64,000 bases of DNA from a virus. Positions 9,211 through 19,147 of the stretch are shown here, piece after piece. How positions within the stretch are numbered: position 1 is the stretch's first letter; every line of letters starts with the position of its first letter. The notes beneath the pieces are model-generated. The model was not told the origin of the DNA and made no database searches. It saw nothing but the letters and a program-made list of their open reading frames with translations. The position numbers were made by a program, and so were the translations under genes. The stretch covers positions 4,343 through 68,342 of the IMG/VR virus record IMGVR_UViG_3300021961_010841. One strand, written 5' to 3'.

Positions 9211-11847
9211 CTAATTAAACAATTTGTCAAAGGTATTTTCTGCTTCGGAATTGCCAAGATTCCAATCCAAAACACCGATGAGGTTTTCTAATTTTTTGTT
9301 GATAAGAGTTGATTCCATTTCGTCATCTGCGAATGGTAACTCTTTGAACCAATCTGGTATTCTCAGTTCATCTGTTGGATATGCGATAGATGTGTACCCC
9401 ATGGGATTGTCCTTGAGTTTACACACGATGCATTTTTGGCCATCGATGATGTCCATGGAATACTTGTCGTTGTAAACCTTTTTGAGGGTGTTCCAATTGA
9501 TGGCCGCTCTGACATGTCCGGGCATGTTGATCTTGCCTTTTCTCTTTTCACGTGAATGGTATTCAGTGAGTTTGTTCACACGACGTGGGGAGCCTTTCTC
9601 CCATCCTGGCATCTTTTTGAATTCCAAACGGAAGTCTGCGATGAAGTCCATGACTTCTTCTTCGGTCTTGCCGGTCAGCACCATGTCCAACACATCTGAT
9701 AGGAAATCCTGGATGTATGCGGGTGTGTCCGAACGTTTTAGATCTAACCCCATGGCTTTGATCTTGTCCACGGGTTCGCCTTCGAGATCGTATATCTTCA
9801 TGGCATATCTTTTCTTTGTGATAAACAGTCCCTTTGATCCCACTGCTTCTCTACCGCCCGCAATCAGTTTGCCATATGTGCCGGGGCAATTGAATGACTG
9901 TTGCATGAACTTGGGGAAAGACTTGTTGACTTCCGCCGCCACAGAATCATACAGTTGCACAACATTTTCTTTGTTCCACGGAATGTTGCCTGCATCGATC
10001 TCCGATTTGAGTGGTTGATATGCGGAGAAATACACAGAGTCTGTGTCACCATATATTATGGCCGGTCCCTTGTAGTCATACTCTCCACAGATGATCTCGT
10101 TGGTCTTGGATGCCATGTGTCTTGTGATGCATCTTCCTGTGAGTGTGGTTGACTGTCCTATGCGTGTGTCAAAGAATCTACAACCTGGATTTAGGATAGC
10201 ACCATACAGCGAATTTAGATTAATCTTTTTTACAAGTTGTCTTTTATCCCAAAATGCCTGTTCGGTCTTGTTGCCGGCATCGATGGCCTTCTTCCTTTTG
10301 GCTTGCAGTTCCTTACGTTCTGCATACCAGCGTTCTAATAGTCCAGGAATAACTCCTGCAAACTCATGCGTGAATATTGTGCCATTAGCACTCAACATCC
10401 ATGGTTGATCTGAATTGAAAATCAGTTCATGTACTTCAGCGGCACTTAATATGTTTGACTCTCCTGTTTCCCAATCAATGGTTATGCTCTGTGCCCGATC
10501 CTTTCGCATCACTGCTTGATATTCAAGTGAACCAAACTCACCTTCCCAAGCACCCGCGAAGGATTTCTTCTCAATGGTCATCCTGCGTTCCATTTCTTCC
10601 TCTGTGAGTGATTGTCTGAGTTGGCCCACGATGGTTTCCGGAGCCATGTTCAATGCTCTGATCACAGATGGATACAGTGAATTGATGTCGATGGATCCTA
10701 TCCAATCCTGCAGACCCTTCTTGGGATATGCCACATAGGCACCCGCCGCCGGATCCGATCCTGGTTCACGTCTAACACGATCTGGAACTACCATGCCACG
10801 CCTGTGTGCTTCGTTGATGATGCCCTGTTCTGTCACTGCCACAGCACCCATGGTTGTCTGTATTAACACGGTGTTTTGGTGTGCCAGTTCGTTGGACAAA
10901 TCAATAAATCTCAGTTTGGCATCCAACCTGCCCAGCAGTGCCACGTCCTGCCTGTTGTATTCCATGAACTTCACAAAATCTTTGTTGTACAATTGATCCA
11001 GAGTGCCTTCGTATGGGGTCTTTTGTTCACCCAACTCCATCTTGGAAATAAAGTCAAGAGCATATGAATGCCGTTCTTCATAAGTGTATTTCCTGTATAG
11101 TTGCATGTAGTCTAAGTGTACTCTGCCAATGATGTCATATGTGACTTCTTCGTTGCCAAATCTTTCAAATGTTCTCTTGCGTGGATATGTGTTCCACAGA
11201 CACAATCTGCGTGTGTCATCCTTTGACATCACTTTGGAAATCCTGTTCACTGTGTAGGGAATATCAAAACCTTCCGAGTTCCATCCGCTCAGCACATCAG
11301 CATCTTCTATAATTGTGATAAATTTATCCAACATGTCTGCTTCGGATTCACACAGCATGGTGTTTTCAAATTCTTTTTCAATAATTTCAGGATTGGGGAA
11401 ATCCTTGGGTGGTATGGCCAATGATATCAACTGATCCAACCACTGCAGATACACGGTGATAGAAATGATTGGCGCCCAAGCATCTGCGGGTTTGGCATAA
11501 CCCTTGTTGGGATCAAAGTCCACCTCGATGTCAAAGAACGCTACCTGTAGTTCCGGAGCATCCTTGTTGAGGTAGTTTTCCTCCAGACAGCGGAAGATTG
11601 GATTGATGTCCGATTCATACAGACGTTTGCCTGACTGCATGTGGACTTCACGTTTGAATTCCTTGCCCGATTTGGTTGCTATCCTTGACACCGGAGTGCC
11701 ATACACAGATTTAAACTTCCCTTTGGGATCGTCATAGTACGCAACATAGCGAGCAGGATATTCCACATACCGCCTTTCGCCCTTGATCCGTTCGACCACG
11801 GATATCTTGTCCGTGTCTCGATCAAACAGTGCGTCTACGTAACTCAT
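9211..11847 (-). CDS. family B DNA polymerase (gp43-like)
   Basis: Exo FDIE, GWNSEGFD, YNRQD; Pol DINSLYPS, KINLNSLYG, YGDTDS, KKRY. Confidence 0.97.
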   Translation of the reverse strand: MSYVDALFDRDTDKISVVERIKGERRYVEYPARYVAYYDDPKGKFKSVYGTPVSRIATKSGKEFKREVHMQSGKRLYESDINPIFRCLEENYLNKDAPELQVAFFDIEVDFDPNKGYAKPADAWAPIISITVYLQWLDQLISLAIPPKDFPNPEIIEKEFENTMLCESEADMLDKFITIIEDADVLSGWNSEGFDIPYTVNRISKVMSKDDTRRLCLWNTYPRKRTFERFGNEEVTYDIIGRVHLDYMQLYRKYTYEERHSYALDFISKMELGEQKTPYEGTLDQLYNKDFVKFMEYNRQDVALLGRLDAKLRFIDLSNELAHQNTVLIQTTMGAVAVTEQGIINEAHRRGMVVPDRVRREPGSDPAAGAYVAYPKKGLQDWIGSIDINSLYPSVIRALNMAPETIVGQLRQSLTEEEMERRMTIEKKSFAGAWEGEFGSLEYQAVMRKDRAQSITIDWETGESNILSAAEVHELIFNSDQPWMLSANGTIFTHEFAGVIPGLLERWYAERKELQAKRKKAIDAGNKTEQAFWDKRQLVKKINLNSLYGAILNPGCRFFDTRIGQSTTLTGRCITRHMASKTNEIICGEYDYKGPAIIYGDTDSVYFSAYQPLKSEIDAGNIPWNKENVVQLYDSVAAEVNKSFPKFMQQSFNCPGTYGKLIAGGREAVGSKGLFITKKRYAMKIYDLEGEPVDKIKAMGLDLKRSDTPAYIQDFLSDVLDMVLTGKTEEEVMDFIADFRLEFKKMPGWEKGSPRRVNKLTEYHSREKRKGKINMPGHVRAAINWNTLKKVYNDKYSMDIIDGQKCIVCKLKDNPMGYTSIAYPTDELRIPDWFKELPFADDEMESTLINKKLENLIGVLDWNLGNSEAENTFDKLFN

Positions 11848-12059
11848 CCAAATATCATTCCAATGACATATATTACTGTCAATCCTGCATTTAGGACAAT
11901 CAAAGAATTTTCACGCCACAGCACCCCCACTGCTACCCAGATAGAATTGGCAATTATAAACAACCAAACATAAACAGGATACACATTGAAGGCCGCCAGT
12001 GTGGCCGCTGTGATCAGCACTGCGGTGCCCAACCACGCCAACCATTGATAGGGTTTCAT
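11844..12059 (-). CDS. small membrane protein
   Basis: MKPYQWLAWLG..., three hydrophobic segments; start set at ATG 12059. Confidence 0.65.
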   Translation of the reverse strand: MKPYQWLAWLGTAVLITAATLAAFNVYPVYVWLFIIANSIWVAVGVLWRENSLIVLNAGLTVIYVIGMIFG

Positions 12060-12060
12060 G

Positions 12061-12312
12061 CTATATTTTCTTTGCGATGGCAAGAATTTCTTCCAGCTCT
12101 TCGATATCGTGTTTTTCTGATGCCAATGATTCTTTGAATGCAACTGCGATGGCCTTATTGAGCAGAGCGGGTTTGATCTCCAATTCCTCTGCCACTGCTT
12201 TCACAGTGTCTCTCAAACCTTCCGATAGGTCTTGCACTTCTTGTTTTACTTTAATGCCACTTTCGATGACATGTTTCACTTTTGCTTGTTCTTCTTGATT
12301 AAGTGTTTTCAT
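12061..12312 (-). CDS. dsDNA-binding protein (T4 DsbA/GapR-like)
   Basis: Helical 83-aa protein, LRDTVKAVAEELEIKP; sigma70 promoter upstream. Confidence 0.6.
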   Translation of the reverse strand: MKTLNQEEQAKVKHVIESGIKVKQEVQDLSEGLRDTVKAVAEELEIKPALLNKAIAVAFKESLASEKHDIEELEEILAIAKKI

Positions 12313-12333
12313 AAGGATCTCCTTGTTGCTCGT

Positions 12334-12362
12334 ATTATAAAACAAAAATTTACTTTTGTCTA
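12334..12362 (-). promoter_or_regulatory. sigma70-like promoter for the polymerase operon
   Basis: TAGACA-17nt-TATAAT. Confidence 0.6.
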
Positions 12363-12515
12363 TTGTTTTTTTTGCTTTGATGCTTTATCGAACCGGGGGT
12401 CGAAATATCTTTTGGATGGTTTGGTTTTGATTAGTTTTAATCCGCGTGAACCTGGTGACTGTGGTGAGTGTGTTTGACTTGATGCTGGCAAATTGATCAA
12501 TTCTACAATTTTCAT
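12360..12515 (-). CDS. small basic late protein (MKIVEL...)
   Basis: 51 aa; TAAATA 5 nt upstream; CTS-like N-terminus. Confidence 0.6.
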   Translation of the reverse strand: MKIVELINLPASSQTHSPQSPGSRGLKLIKTKPSKRYFDPRFDKASKQKKQ

Positions 12516-12523
12516 ATAGGTAT

Positions 12524-13138
12524 TTACCGTATAAAAGCACCGATGCGATGGTTGTATTCGGGACACTCTATGTATGTGTAACCATCCGGAGGTGTAGTGT
12601 CTTGCCCCTGCCAGACAGGAATGAACTCTGTGTTACCATGATCGAAATCAGGATTACATCTAAGATGGACTTCGATTAATTTTCCACCTATGAATTCACA
12701 ATTCATATATTGATATTTTTTAGATATCGTTTTTAGTATTTGCGGGATTTCATGCACAACATCAACTTTGATCCATTTCTTCCATTTAGTAAATGATTCA
12801 GGATATCTAAAACCCTGCACACTGAGGATAGGATCTCCCCATTCGTAGTCGACGGATATATGGTCACCCTCGAATATCTCACACCAAAAAGTTCCTGGTT
12901 GAAGATGATCAGTCCAACCTTTCACAGTAAGCCATTGTTCGTATGCTCCCAATCCTAATCCCACACAGTTTGTTGTGGGGCGGACTATGTAGAATCCATC
13001 GTGTGGCACATCCACTCCGGCAGGACCGCACTGATATCCTAATTTTCTTGACAGGATTAATTTATCAAAGATCCATAGGTCGTCGGGATCGGTGTTTAAC
13101 CAAGCCACATCTTCTTCGATTAATTTCCGGGTTACCAT
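12524..13138 (-). CDS. hypothetical protein, possibly ATP-grasp-like
   Basis: IVRP, FWCE...SVDY and NCEFIGGKLIEVHLR pattern resembles ATP-grasp. Confidence 0.6.
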   Translation of the reverse strand: MVTRKLIEEDVAWLNTDPDDLWIFDKLILSRKLGYQCGPAGVDVPHDGFYIVRPTTNCVGLGLGAYEQWLTVKGWTDHLQPGTFWCEIFEGDHISVDYEWGDPILSVQGFRYPESFTKWKKWIKVDVVHEIPQILKTISKKYQYMNCEFIGGKLIEVHLRCNPDFDHGNTEFIPVWQGQDTTPPDGYTYIECPEYNHRIGAFIR

Positions 13139-13545
13139 TTACGACAAGACCAGTATCGTGCTTTTGTTCTTGGACCTGGGTTAGCACAGTTGTGTCTTGC
13201 TCTAAATGATCTGCGTCTTGCTGGATTTGATTTCTTGATTCTCATGTTGGGGTCACCAAAATTGACTTTTTTGACGTTGCCTGTCTTGGGATCCTTGACA
13301 TAAACTTTAAATTTTTTTACATCGCCTCTCATTGGTTTGCCCAATGGAACTTTTCTGCCTCTGTATTCTGCCTCTTCTATATCTGATAATAATTTGCCTG
13401 TGATATCGTCTGTGTAAATCAGAATGTTTTCGCCCCTGACTTCGATGATGGGTGTGTCTATAGCTAGATCATCGCCGAATTCAAATGTTAAAATATCACC
13501 CGCTTGTGGATGTTGTAATTGTAGGTCAAGTTCATTAAGTTTCAT
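13132..13545 (-). CDS. late protein with basic two-Cys C-terminal module
   Basis: TATAAATA upstream; MKLNEL start; IEE/AEYRGRKV...RARHNC...YWSCRKW. Confidence 0.8.
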   Translation of the reverse strand: MKLNELDLQLQHPQAGDILTFEFGDDLAIDTPIIEVRGENILIYTDDITGKLLSDIEEAEYRGRKVPLGKPMRGDVKKFKVYVKDPKTGNVKKVNFGDPNMRIKKSNPARRRSFRARHNCANPGPRTKARYWSCRKW

Positions 13546-13551
13546 TTGTTG

Positions 13552-13559
13552 TATTTATA
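13552..13559 (-). promoter_or_regulatory. T4-type late promoter
   Basis: Perfect TATAAATA 6 nt before ATG. Confidence 0.75.
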
Positions 13560-14151
13560 ATGCTTGTTTATGGATCTCACTCGGATATACATTTTCTTCG
13601 AACGCTTTGTATATGTCATGGCCCTTGAAACTCAATTGGAATAATATTCTGGGCTCTGCAGATGTGTTTACAACGCCATGCAGGTATTCACCGCGTGTGC
13701 GAAACAGTGCAGGTGCCTTGCTCAATGAAAATTCATCTATGTATTCCTTGTTCTCTTTGTAGAACATCTTTGTTGTCACATTCGTGAAATCACCAGACAC
13801 AGGGAAACTGATTGCCCAGTCTCTTGCTGAAATGATCTTCAACCAATCTATGTAATATTGTGGGAGCTCTTTCATCAATTCTGGTGATTCGAACACTGGT
13901 GCGAGTATTACTTCGTCTTCGTGTGGAACCAGATCATACTTGACATCCACTTTGACGAAACCACAGGTAACAAATGGATCTTGGTAGTTAAAAAATTTCC
14001 TAATGCTGTCTGGAGTGTCTTGCTTGTTGACCAATGGAGCGTCGGCAGTGCCATCCATTTCGAACCATTCGCACTTGTTTGCCAGGATATCAAGCAGTTC
14101 ACTTTGGTCGTAGAGGATGTCTGGCAAGTACACGAAAGGTTTACGCATCAC
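13555..14151 (-). CDS. putative 2OG-Fe(II) oxygenase/cupin-fold protein
   Basis: PHED...HGVVN...RILFQLS pattern. Confidence 0.55.
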   Translation of the reverse strand: MMRKPFVYLPDILYDQSELLDILANKCEWFEMDGTADAPLVNKQDTPDSIRKFFNYQDPFVTCGFVKVDVKYDLVPHEDEVILAPVFESPELMKELPQYYIDWLKIISARDWAISFPVSGDFTNVTTKMFYKENKEYIDEFSLSKAPALFRTRGEYLHGVVNTSAEPRILFQLSFKGHDIYKAFEENVYPSEIHKQAL

Positions 14152-14157
14152 TTTTAA

Positions 14158-14379
14158 TTATTTGGATTCAACTATGGCCACTATGTCTTTGACTCTAACT
14201 ATGGACTCTGCATGTTGGTCATCGATGGTAATACCAAATTGATCCTCGATGTCCATGATGATTTCTAAGCCATCCAAGCTGTCCGCGCCGAGATCATCCA
14301 CCAAGTGAGATTCCAAAGTAATTTTTGATAGGCTGATACCAAGTCGTTCTGAGATTATGTTAAAAATTTTTTCCTGCAT
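14158..14379 (-). CDS. acpP: acyl carrier protein
   Basis: DDLGADSLD phosphopantetheine site, EDQFGITI; start at ATG 14379 behind TAAATA. Confidence 0.9.
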   Translation of the reverse strand: MQEKIFNIISERLGISLSKITLESHLVDDLGADSLDGLEIIMDIEDQFGITIDDQHAESIVRVKDIVAIVESK

Positions 14380-14386
14380 GGGATAT

Positions 14387-14647
14387 TTACCTTGGATCAT
14401 TTTCACTGCATTCTTTTTTGCATATGCTGTCACATCTTTCTGATTGCCAATCCGCATCGTTGAAGTGATCGGTGTAGGCATGGTGACTTAAAATTTCCTT
14501 GATGCTGTGCAAGGACAGATCGTTCCAATCTTTTGGTAATTTTTTGAGATAATCACTATTGTAGTGTGAATTGGCCACGAAGCAACAAGGCCATAATTTC
14601 TTGTCATACTCTATTACCAAACTCTGGGTTTTGCACTTGATGGCCAT
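14387..14647 (-). CDS. stand-alone SPASM/twitch Fe-S domain
   Basis: C...WPCC...CDSICKKEC. Confidence 0.75.
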   Translation of the reverse strand: MAIKCKTQSLVIEYDKKLWPCCFVANSHYNSDYLKKLPKDWNDLSLHSIKEILSHHAYTDHFNDADWQSERCDSICKKECSENDPR

Positions 14648-15310
14648 TTAAAAGTCCTCCATCCATGCGTTGTACTTGTTGACCAATATGTCCTGTTTTT
14701 CTTGATCTAATATCCAAGGTTCCTCATCATCATCAAACGGAGGTCTCGTGTTCACTGTGAACGATATCTCTATGTTGTGTTGACCTGCAAGACGTTTGGC
14801 ATCATCTACCTGATGATAGTTGTGTGGAAACACTATGAACTGCCATGTCACTTTGCCCATTGGCAGTGACTTGGCGCACGCCAGCATGTTGTTCCATGCC
14901 TTGTCGAAATCTACTTTCTTCCTGTAGATGTCATTTACTTCAGCGGTGGTGCCATCGATGCCGAACACGAACTCGCAATGATCACCGTATTTGGCACAGT
15001 CGGAGAACCATTCTTGTTTCCTGATGGCGCCATTGGTGTGTATTCTAAAATTTAATTTTTTTCCGAACACCAGGTAGTCCAGTATTTCATCGAGGTGTGG
15101 ATTCATCAATGGATCTCCATAGTCACCGCATATCCTTATGGTCTTGATAGTGTCGGGGAGGTCTTGGCAAATTTTCTCAAAATCATTTTTGTCTATGTGA
15201 AGCAGTCTAAGATTATCTAATCGGAAAGTCCTGTCGCACAACGGACACTCTGCCTGGCAATAACTTGTTATGCCAACTTCCAGTTCGGAACTAAAATTTT
15301 GCCAATCCAT
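14648..15310 (-). CDS. radical SAM protein
   Basis: CQAECPLC, GDYGDP, HTNG, FGIDG. Confidence 0.88.
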   Translation of the reverse strand: MDWQNFSSELEVGITSYCQAECPLCDRTFRLDNLRLLHIDKNDFEKICQDLPDTIKTIRICGDYGDPLMNPHLDEILDYLVFGKKLNFRIHTNGAIRKQEWFSDCAKYGDHCEFVFGIDGTTAEVNDIYRKKVDFDKAWNNMLACAKSLPMGKVTWQFIVFPHNYHQVDDAKRLAGQHNIEISFTVNTRPPFDDDEEPWILDQEKQDILVNKYNAWMEDF

Positions 15311-15313
15311 GGA

Positions 15314-15565
15314 CTATTTGGTCTTGACGTTCTTTGCAGGGCCTTGTCTGTTCTTGTTGGGATCTTCTCTGCGTTTGCGTGATGCCGCTGTGGCTCTGCC
15401 TTTTTTGCCCAGTGCGTGTGCTTTGGATTGTGGCAGACATTTGGGTTTGCCTTCTGAAGAAGAACCCCTGGCACAGTCGCCACGGATCTTGCCGTCAGGA
15501 CCAAACCTTACCCATTTTTCCTTAAACCATTTTTTGAGATTTTCGTCTATTTCGTATAACTTCAT
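15314..15565 (-). CDS. small basic two-Cys protein (MKLYEIDE...)
   Basis: Start at ATG 15565 coupled to upstream stop; LKKWFKEKWV...DC...PKCLP. Confidence 0.75.
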   Translation of the reverse strand: MKLYEIDENLKKWFKEKWVRFGPDGKIRGDCARGSSSEGKPKCLPQSKAHALGKKGRATAASRKRREDPNKNRQGPAKNVKTK

Positions 15566-17175
15566 TACTTGCTCTTGTTGCCCCAGTTGGCCGCGCCTTT
15601 TTTGCGACACTGCACCAGAGCACCAGAGGCATAAGCTGAAGGCCATACTTTGTATCTTGCTTTTACTTTATGATAGCAGGCATCCTTTTTGCCTGCCGCT
15701 TCGTCAAATTCTTGTTCTGTGATTGCTTTAGATTCTGCGATGGCTTCATTTAAATCTTTGACAGCATCAACATGTCCTTGCACATATGAATGTTCTGATT
15801 CCAATCCCATCATGCCCGCCATGGCCATGATTTGATCAGCTAGATTCTGCATCATAGCAATGTATTCTGGTTCTGCTTTTTTCATTTCCATGGCATGCTT
15901 TTCCATGTAGAATAGCGTGTCATGTAGTTTGGCAGAACGCTCAGCTAAGTCCATATCCTCAACATCAATGTCTTTGTATAATTGTGTGGCTGAAGGACAA
16001 ATATCAAAATGTTTGGTTTGGTATGAACCTACCATCACTTCACCTTTGTCGTCATCTTCTTTGACCTTTTCTTTTTTCTCATCTGATGAGTGTCCAAAAT
16101 ATTTGTGTACCAACCGGTCTAATTCTGTGTGAAAATTGTCGATTGTCTTTTTTGAAACTTGTTCCAGTGTGTGTTCTTCACCATCTGATGTTTTGAACTT
16201 GGTGCCTTTCTTGGCGCCTGTGGCTTTGAGTTGTCTCACCTTTTGTGCAAACTCATTGCCTTCTTCTATGATGAGTCCCAGTTCATCCAACTTGTCTACC
16301 AACCACACATATGGATCACCATCACGTGCTTTTTGTGTGCCGTATGGCATCATGTCGTCAGCATCTGATGATGAGAAGTAAGCAAATAATTTTTCATATA
16401 TGGTTGGAGCATCCATTAGATCTCCTGTGTCCATGAACTTTTTGTATTCGTCTTGATGTTGTTGAATAATCATTTGAGCATAGCCACGATCTTGATGTTC
16501 GTCTTCATACATAGAATTTAAAGTTTTGCTTTTGCCTTTGCCAAGGAAACCTGTGGCGCCCATGTTTTGTTTGAACCGTTCTGCCGCATCTGGTTCAGCA
16601 AAATCCATACCGTCTTGTTGTAGGATGGCTTTGATTTCAATGGGATTCATGTTCAACATCTTTGACATGGCAGAAAATATTTCGTCCCAATCCATGTCTG
16701 CTTGTGTGCCTGAAGCAAACATTGTTGAAATCAATTCATGGAATCCAGGTGACTGTTTGATTTTTTCCAGTGACGTAGAATCTTGACCCATAGGGTTAAT
16801 CAGTTTAGTGAATTGGTCTTTTACATCCTCGCCCACAGCATCCTTGTCCATTCTTCTGCGTTCTTTGTTGGCATCTTTTTTAATCTGTTTCTTAACCACA
16901 TTCATTGCTCGCTTGGTCAAAACTTCTGGTTTGGCATCTCTTCCTTTTTGTGTGGGCACATCCTGTTCACCTATTAATTTTTGTATGATTCGATTTTGAG
17001 CAATTTTTGGATTTTGCTCTGCTATTTTAATTAAAAAATTTCGTGGCATTAGTCCTCTGGCTTTGGCCATCTCTCTGATGGTTTTTTCGAGATCGAACAG
17101 TTTTCCTTGTTTGTTTGATTCCTTTGGTTGCTTGTTTTTCTCGAGTTCTATAAGAATATTTTTTAGTATGCCCAT
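15565..17175 (-). CDS. modular late protein, probable internal head protein
   Basis: TATAAATA at 17182-17189; modules separated by x-x-E sites; C-terminal KKDACYHKVK...VQCRKK module. Confidence 0.75.
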   Translation of the reverse strand: MGILKNILIELEKNKQPKESNKQGKLFDLEKTIREMAKARGLMPRNFLIKIAEQNPKIAQNRIIQKLIGEQDVPTQKGRDAKPEVLTKRAMNVVKKQIKKDANKERRRMDKDAVGEDVKDQFTKLINPMGQDSTSLEKIKQSPGFHELISTMFASGTQADMDWDEIFSAMSKMLNMNPIEIKAILQQDGMDFAEPDAAERFKQNMGATGFLGKGKSKTLNSMYEDEHQDRGYAQMIIQQHQDEYKKFMDTGDLMDAPTIYEKLFAYFSSSDADDMMPYGTQKARDGDPYVWLVDKLDELGLIIEEGNEFAQKVRQLKATGAKKGTKFKTSDGEEHTLEQVSKKTIDNFHTELDRLVHKYFGHSSDEKKEKVKEDDDKGEVMVGSYQTKHFDICPSATQLYKDIDVEDMDLAERSAKLHDTLFYMEKHAMEMKKAEPEYIAMMQNLADQIMAMAGMMGLESEHSYVQGHVDAVKDLNEAIAESKAITEQEFDEAAGKKDACYHKVKARYKVWPSAYASGALVQCRKKGAANWGNKSK

Positions 17176-17181
17176 GTAAAC

Positions 17182-17247
17182 TATTTATAATATTGCAATT
17201 AACACCTGTATTTTTGAATAGACAAAAAACACAAAAATAAGTATAAT
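17182..17247. promoter_or_regulatory. divergent promoters: late (minus) and sigma70 (plus)
   Basis: Minus TATAAATA 17182-17189; plus TAGACA(17219)-17nt-TATAAT(17242). Confidence 0.7.
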
Positions 17248-17254
17248 ATACACA

Positions 17255-17746
17255 ATGAAATATGCAATAACAGGCCATACGGGACTGGTCGGTGGATTCT
17301 TATACAACAATCTTGGTGACTGCGTGGGATTCAGCAGATCCAACGGATTTGATGTCACTGATGACGATGCACAAGATAGGATAATTCTTGAATCCTACAA
17401 GTGTGATGTGTTCGTCAATTGTGCCCATGCAGGGCCAGGCACATCTCAGACAGACATGTTGTGGAAGGTTTACAAACGCTGGAAAAATCACAACAAGCAC
17501 ATCATCAACATAGGCACTGACAGGGCATCGCCTCATCTGTGGAGCACGGTCAGACAGGACTATCCTTTGGAAAAATCCATATTGGCCACCACAGTTGATC
17601 ATATCCAGAAACAGCACATCGGCAAATGCAAGGTGTCCATAATAAATCCCAACGTGATTGAAAATGACACATTGGTGGACATACTCGGAGCGGTCAAATA
17701 CATTGTGCAGAGCAGAACTTACATCACCACCGTAAACTTACAATGA
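17255..17746 (+). CDS. short SDR/NAD(P)-binding Rossmann protein
   Basis: AITGHTGLVG, DVFVNCA, IINIG, YxxxK (YPLEK). Confidence 0.75.
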   Translation: MKYAITGHTGLVGGFLYNNLGDCVGFSRSNGFDVTDDDAQDRIILESYKCDVFVNCAHAGPGTSQTDMLWKVYKRWKNHNKHIINIGTDRASPHLWSTVRQDYPLEKSILATTVDHIQKQHIGKCKVSIINPNVIENDTLVDILGAVKYIVQSRTYITTVNLQ

Positions 17747-18429
17747 TATTCTGTCCTATAGATCTTCCACCCATACCCAACAAGCAATCTATAATCGATG
17801 CCTTCGAGGGCGATGAATCATACGCATATTGGAATTTGGAAGTTTTGCTGGGCAACGGTGAAAATGGCATACGTGACAAGAGCATACCTTTCGGTCCTCC
17901 TGGTACATGGAGCCCTTTCGCCAAGAAGTATCCGGATCTCATAGGTTGGATGGAGCAACATCTTCCTTATGAGTATTTTTGTTATGTGACCATCGGTAGG
18001 AGCCAGTCGGATGTTTGGCCGCACGTGGATGGTTGTGAGTCGTCTTTCGACAGTGATGTGAGACTGAGGCACCATACAACCATGGAGCAATGGTTGGTCG
18101 ATCATCATGTAAACAACGAACCTTCGGGTTACAGATTGATAGTGTCGGGATCACGTGACAAGCTCTATCTCTGCAAGGATTATGATCCCACCTTCAAAAA
18201 CAAAAGCATACTCCAACAACCAAAAACATACACATATGTTCCTGATGACACAGATGTCTACGCAATAAGCCATCAATCACAGCCCCACGGAGTGGACATA
18301 GACGAACAAGAAAAAAAGGAAAGATTGACTGTGTTTGTGATGGGCAAAGTAAATATCGACCAACACCAAGAACTCTTGACAAGAAGCAAAAATAAGTATA
18401 AAAAGTATACAGTAGATCATGTTAATTAG
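17743..18429 (+). CDS. putative oxygenase/cupin-fold protein
   Basis: PHVD...PHGV...ERLTVFV. Confidence 0.55.
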   Translation: MIFCPIDLPPIPNKQSIIDAFEGDESYAYWNLEVLLGNGENGIRDKSIPFGPPGTWSPFAKKYPDLIGWMEQHLPYEYFCYVTIGRSQSDVWPHVDGCESSFDSDVRLRHHTTMEQWLVDHHVNNEPSGYRLIVSGSRDKLYLCKDYDPTFKNKSILQQPKTYTYVPDDTDVYAISHQSQPHGVDIDEQEKKERLTVFVMGKVNIDQHQELLTRSKNKYKKYTVDHVN

Positions 18430-19147
18430 AAAAAAATATCAATTACCGAGCGTTGCACCCATACCGGGCAAGTCATTTGACATCCAAAAACTGCAAGAAG
18501 AAGTTGTAAGATTGGACCAAGAATGGGTCAGTGTGTTCCAGGCCAACAGGGGACTTTGTTCAAACCATCTGGAACTGGCAGAATCTAACTATGAGCACTT
18601 TAGACAGATAAATCTCACATACTTCGAGCCAAGCCTCAACGATGTGTTGGATTTGGATGATCTTAAGACGGAATGCAGGCTACAGGCCAACAACGTGTTG
18701 GAAGGGCAAAGGAAGACAGTGAAGTACAAGACCAAAGTTTTCCGTGACGAAAAGTTACCTCCCGCGATGAACGAACACAACTGGTATCATCCTTTGCCAC
18801 TTTATCAAAATTCATACATCAAGGAAGCCATAGAATCTCAGTTCAAATCCACTCCCATAAGAGTAAGGCTTTCGAGAATCACTGCTGGCAAATTCCTAAC
18901 ACCACACATCGACTACTGCCCTTCCTACGCAGTGAGGGTTATAGTTCCTATACAGGGGACAACGAATGTGGTCAACAAGGTTTGGCGCAGGGGTGTGGAA
19001 GAGTCATATGAAATGCCAGCGGATGGTAGAGCATATTTCCTCAACACAGGTTTCAAACATTCTGTGGAGCACGGTGGTTCAGAAGATAGAATTGCACTGA
19101 TGTTCAGTCTGCCTGACCAAAGAGACATTCAGGAACTTAATTTTTAG
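18419..19147 (+). CDS. aspartyl/asparaginyl beta-hydroxylase-like 2OG-Fe(II) oxygenase
   Basis: RVRLS...PHID...FLNTGFKHSVEH...DRIALM. Confidence 0.78.
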   Translation: MLIRKKYQLPSVAPIPGKSFDIQKLQEEVVRLDQEWVSVFQANRGLCSNHLELAESNYEHFRQINLTYFEPSLNDVLDLDDLKTECRLQANNVLEGQRKTVKYKTKVFRDEKLPPAMNEHNWYHPLPLYQNSYIKEAIESQFKSTPIRVRLSRITAGKFLTPHIDYCPSYAVRVIVPIQGTTNVVNKVWRRGVEESYEMPADGRAYFLNTGFKHSVEHGGSEDRIALMFSLPDQRDIQELNF

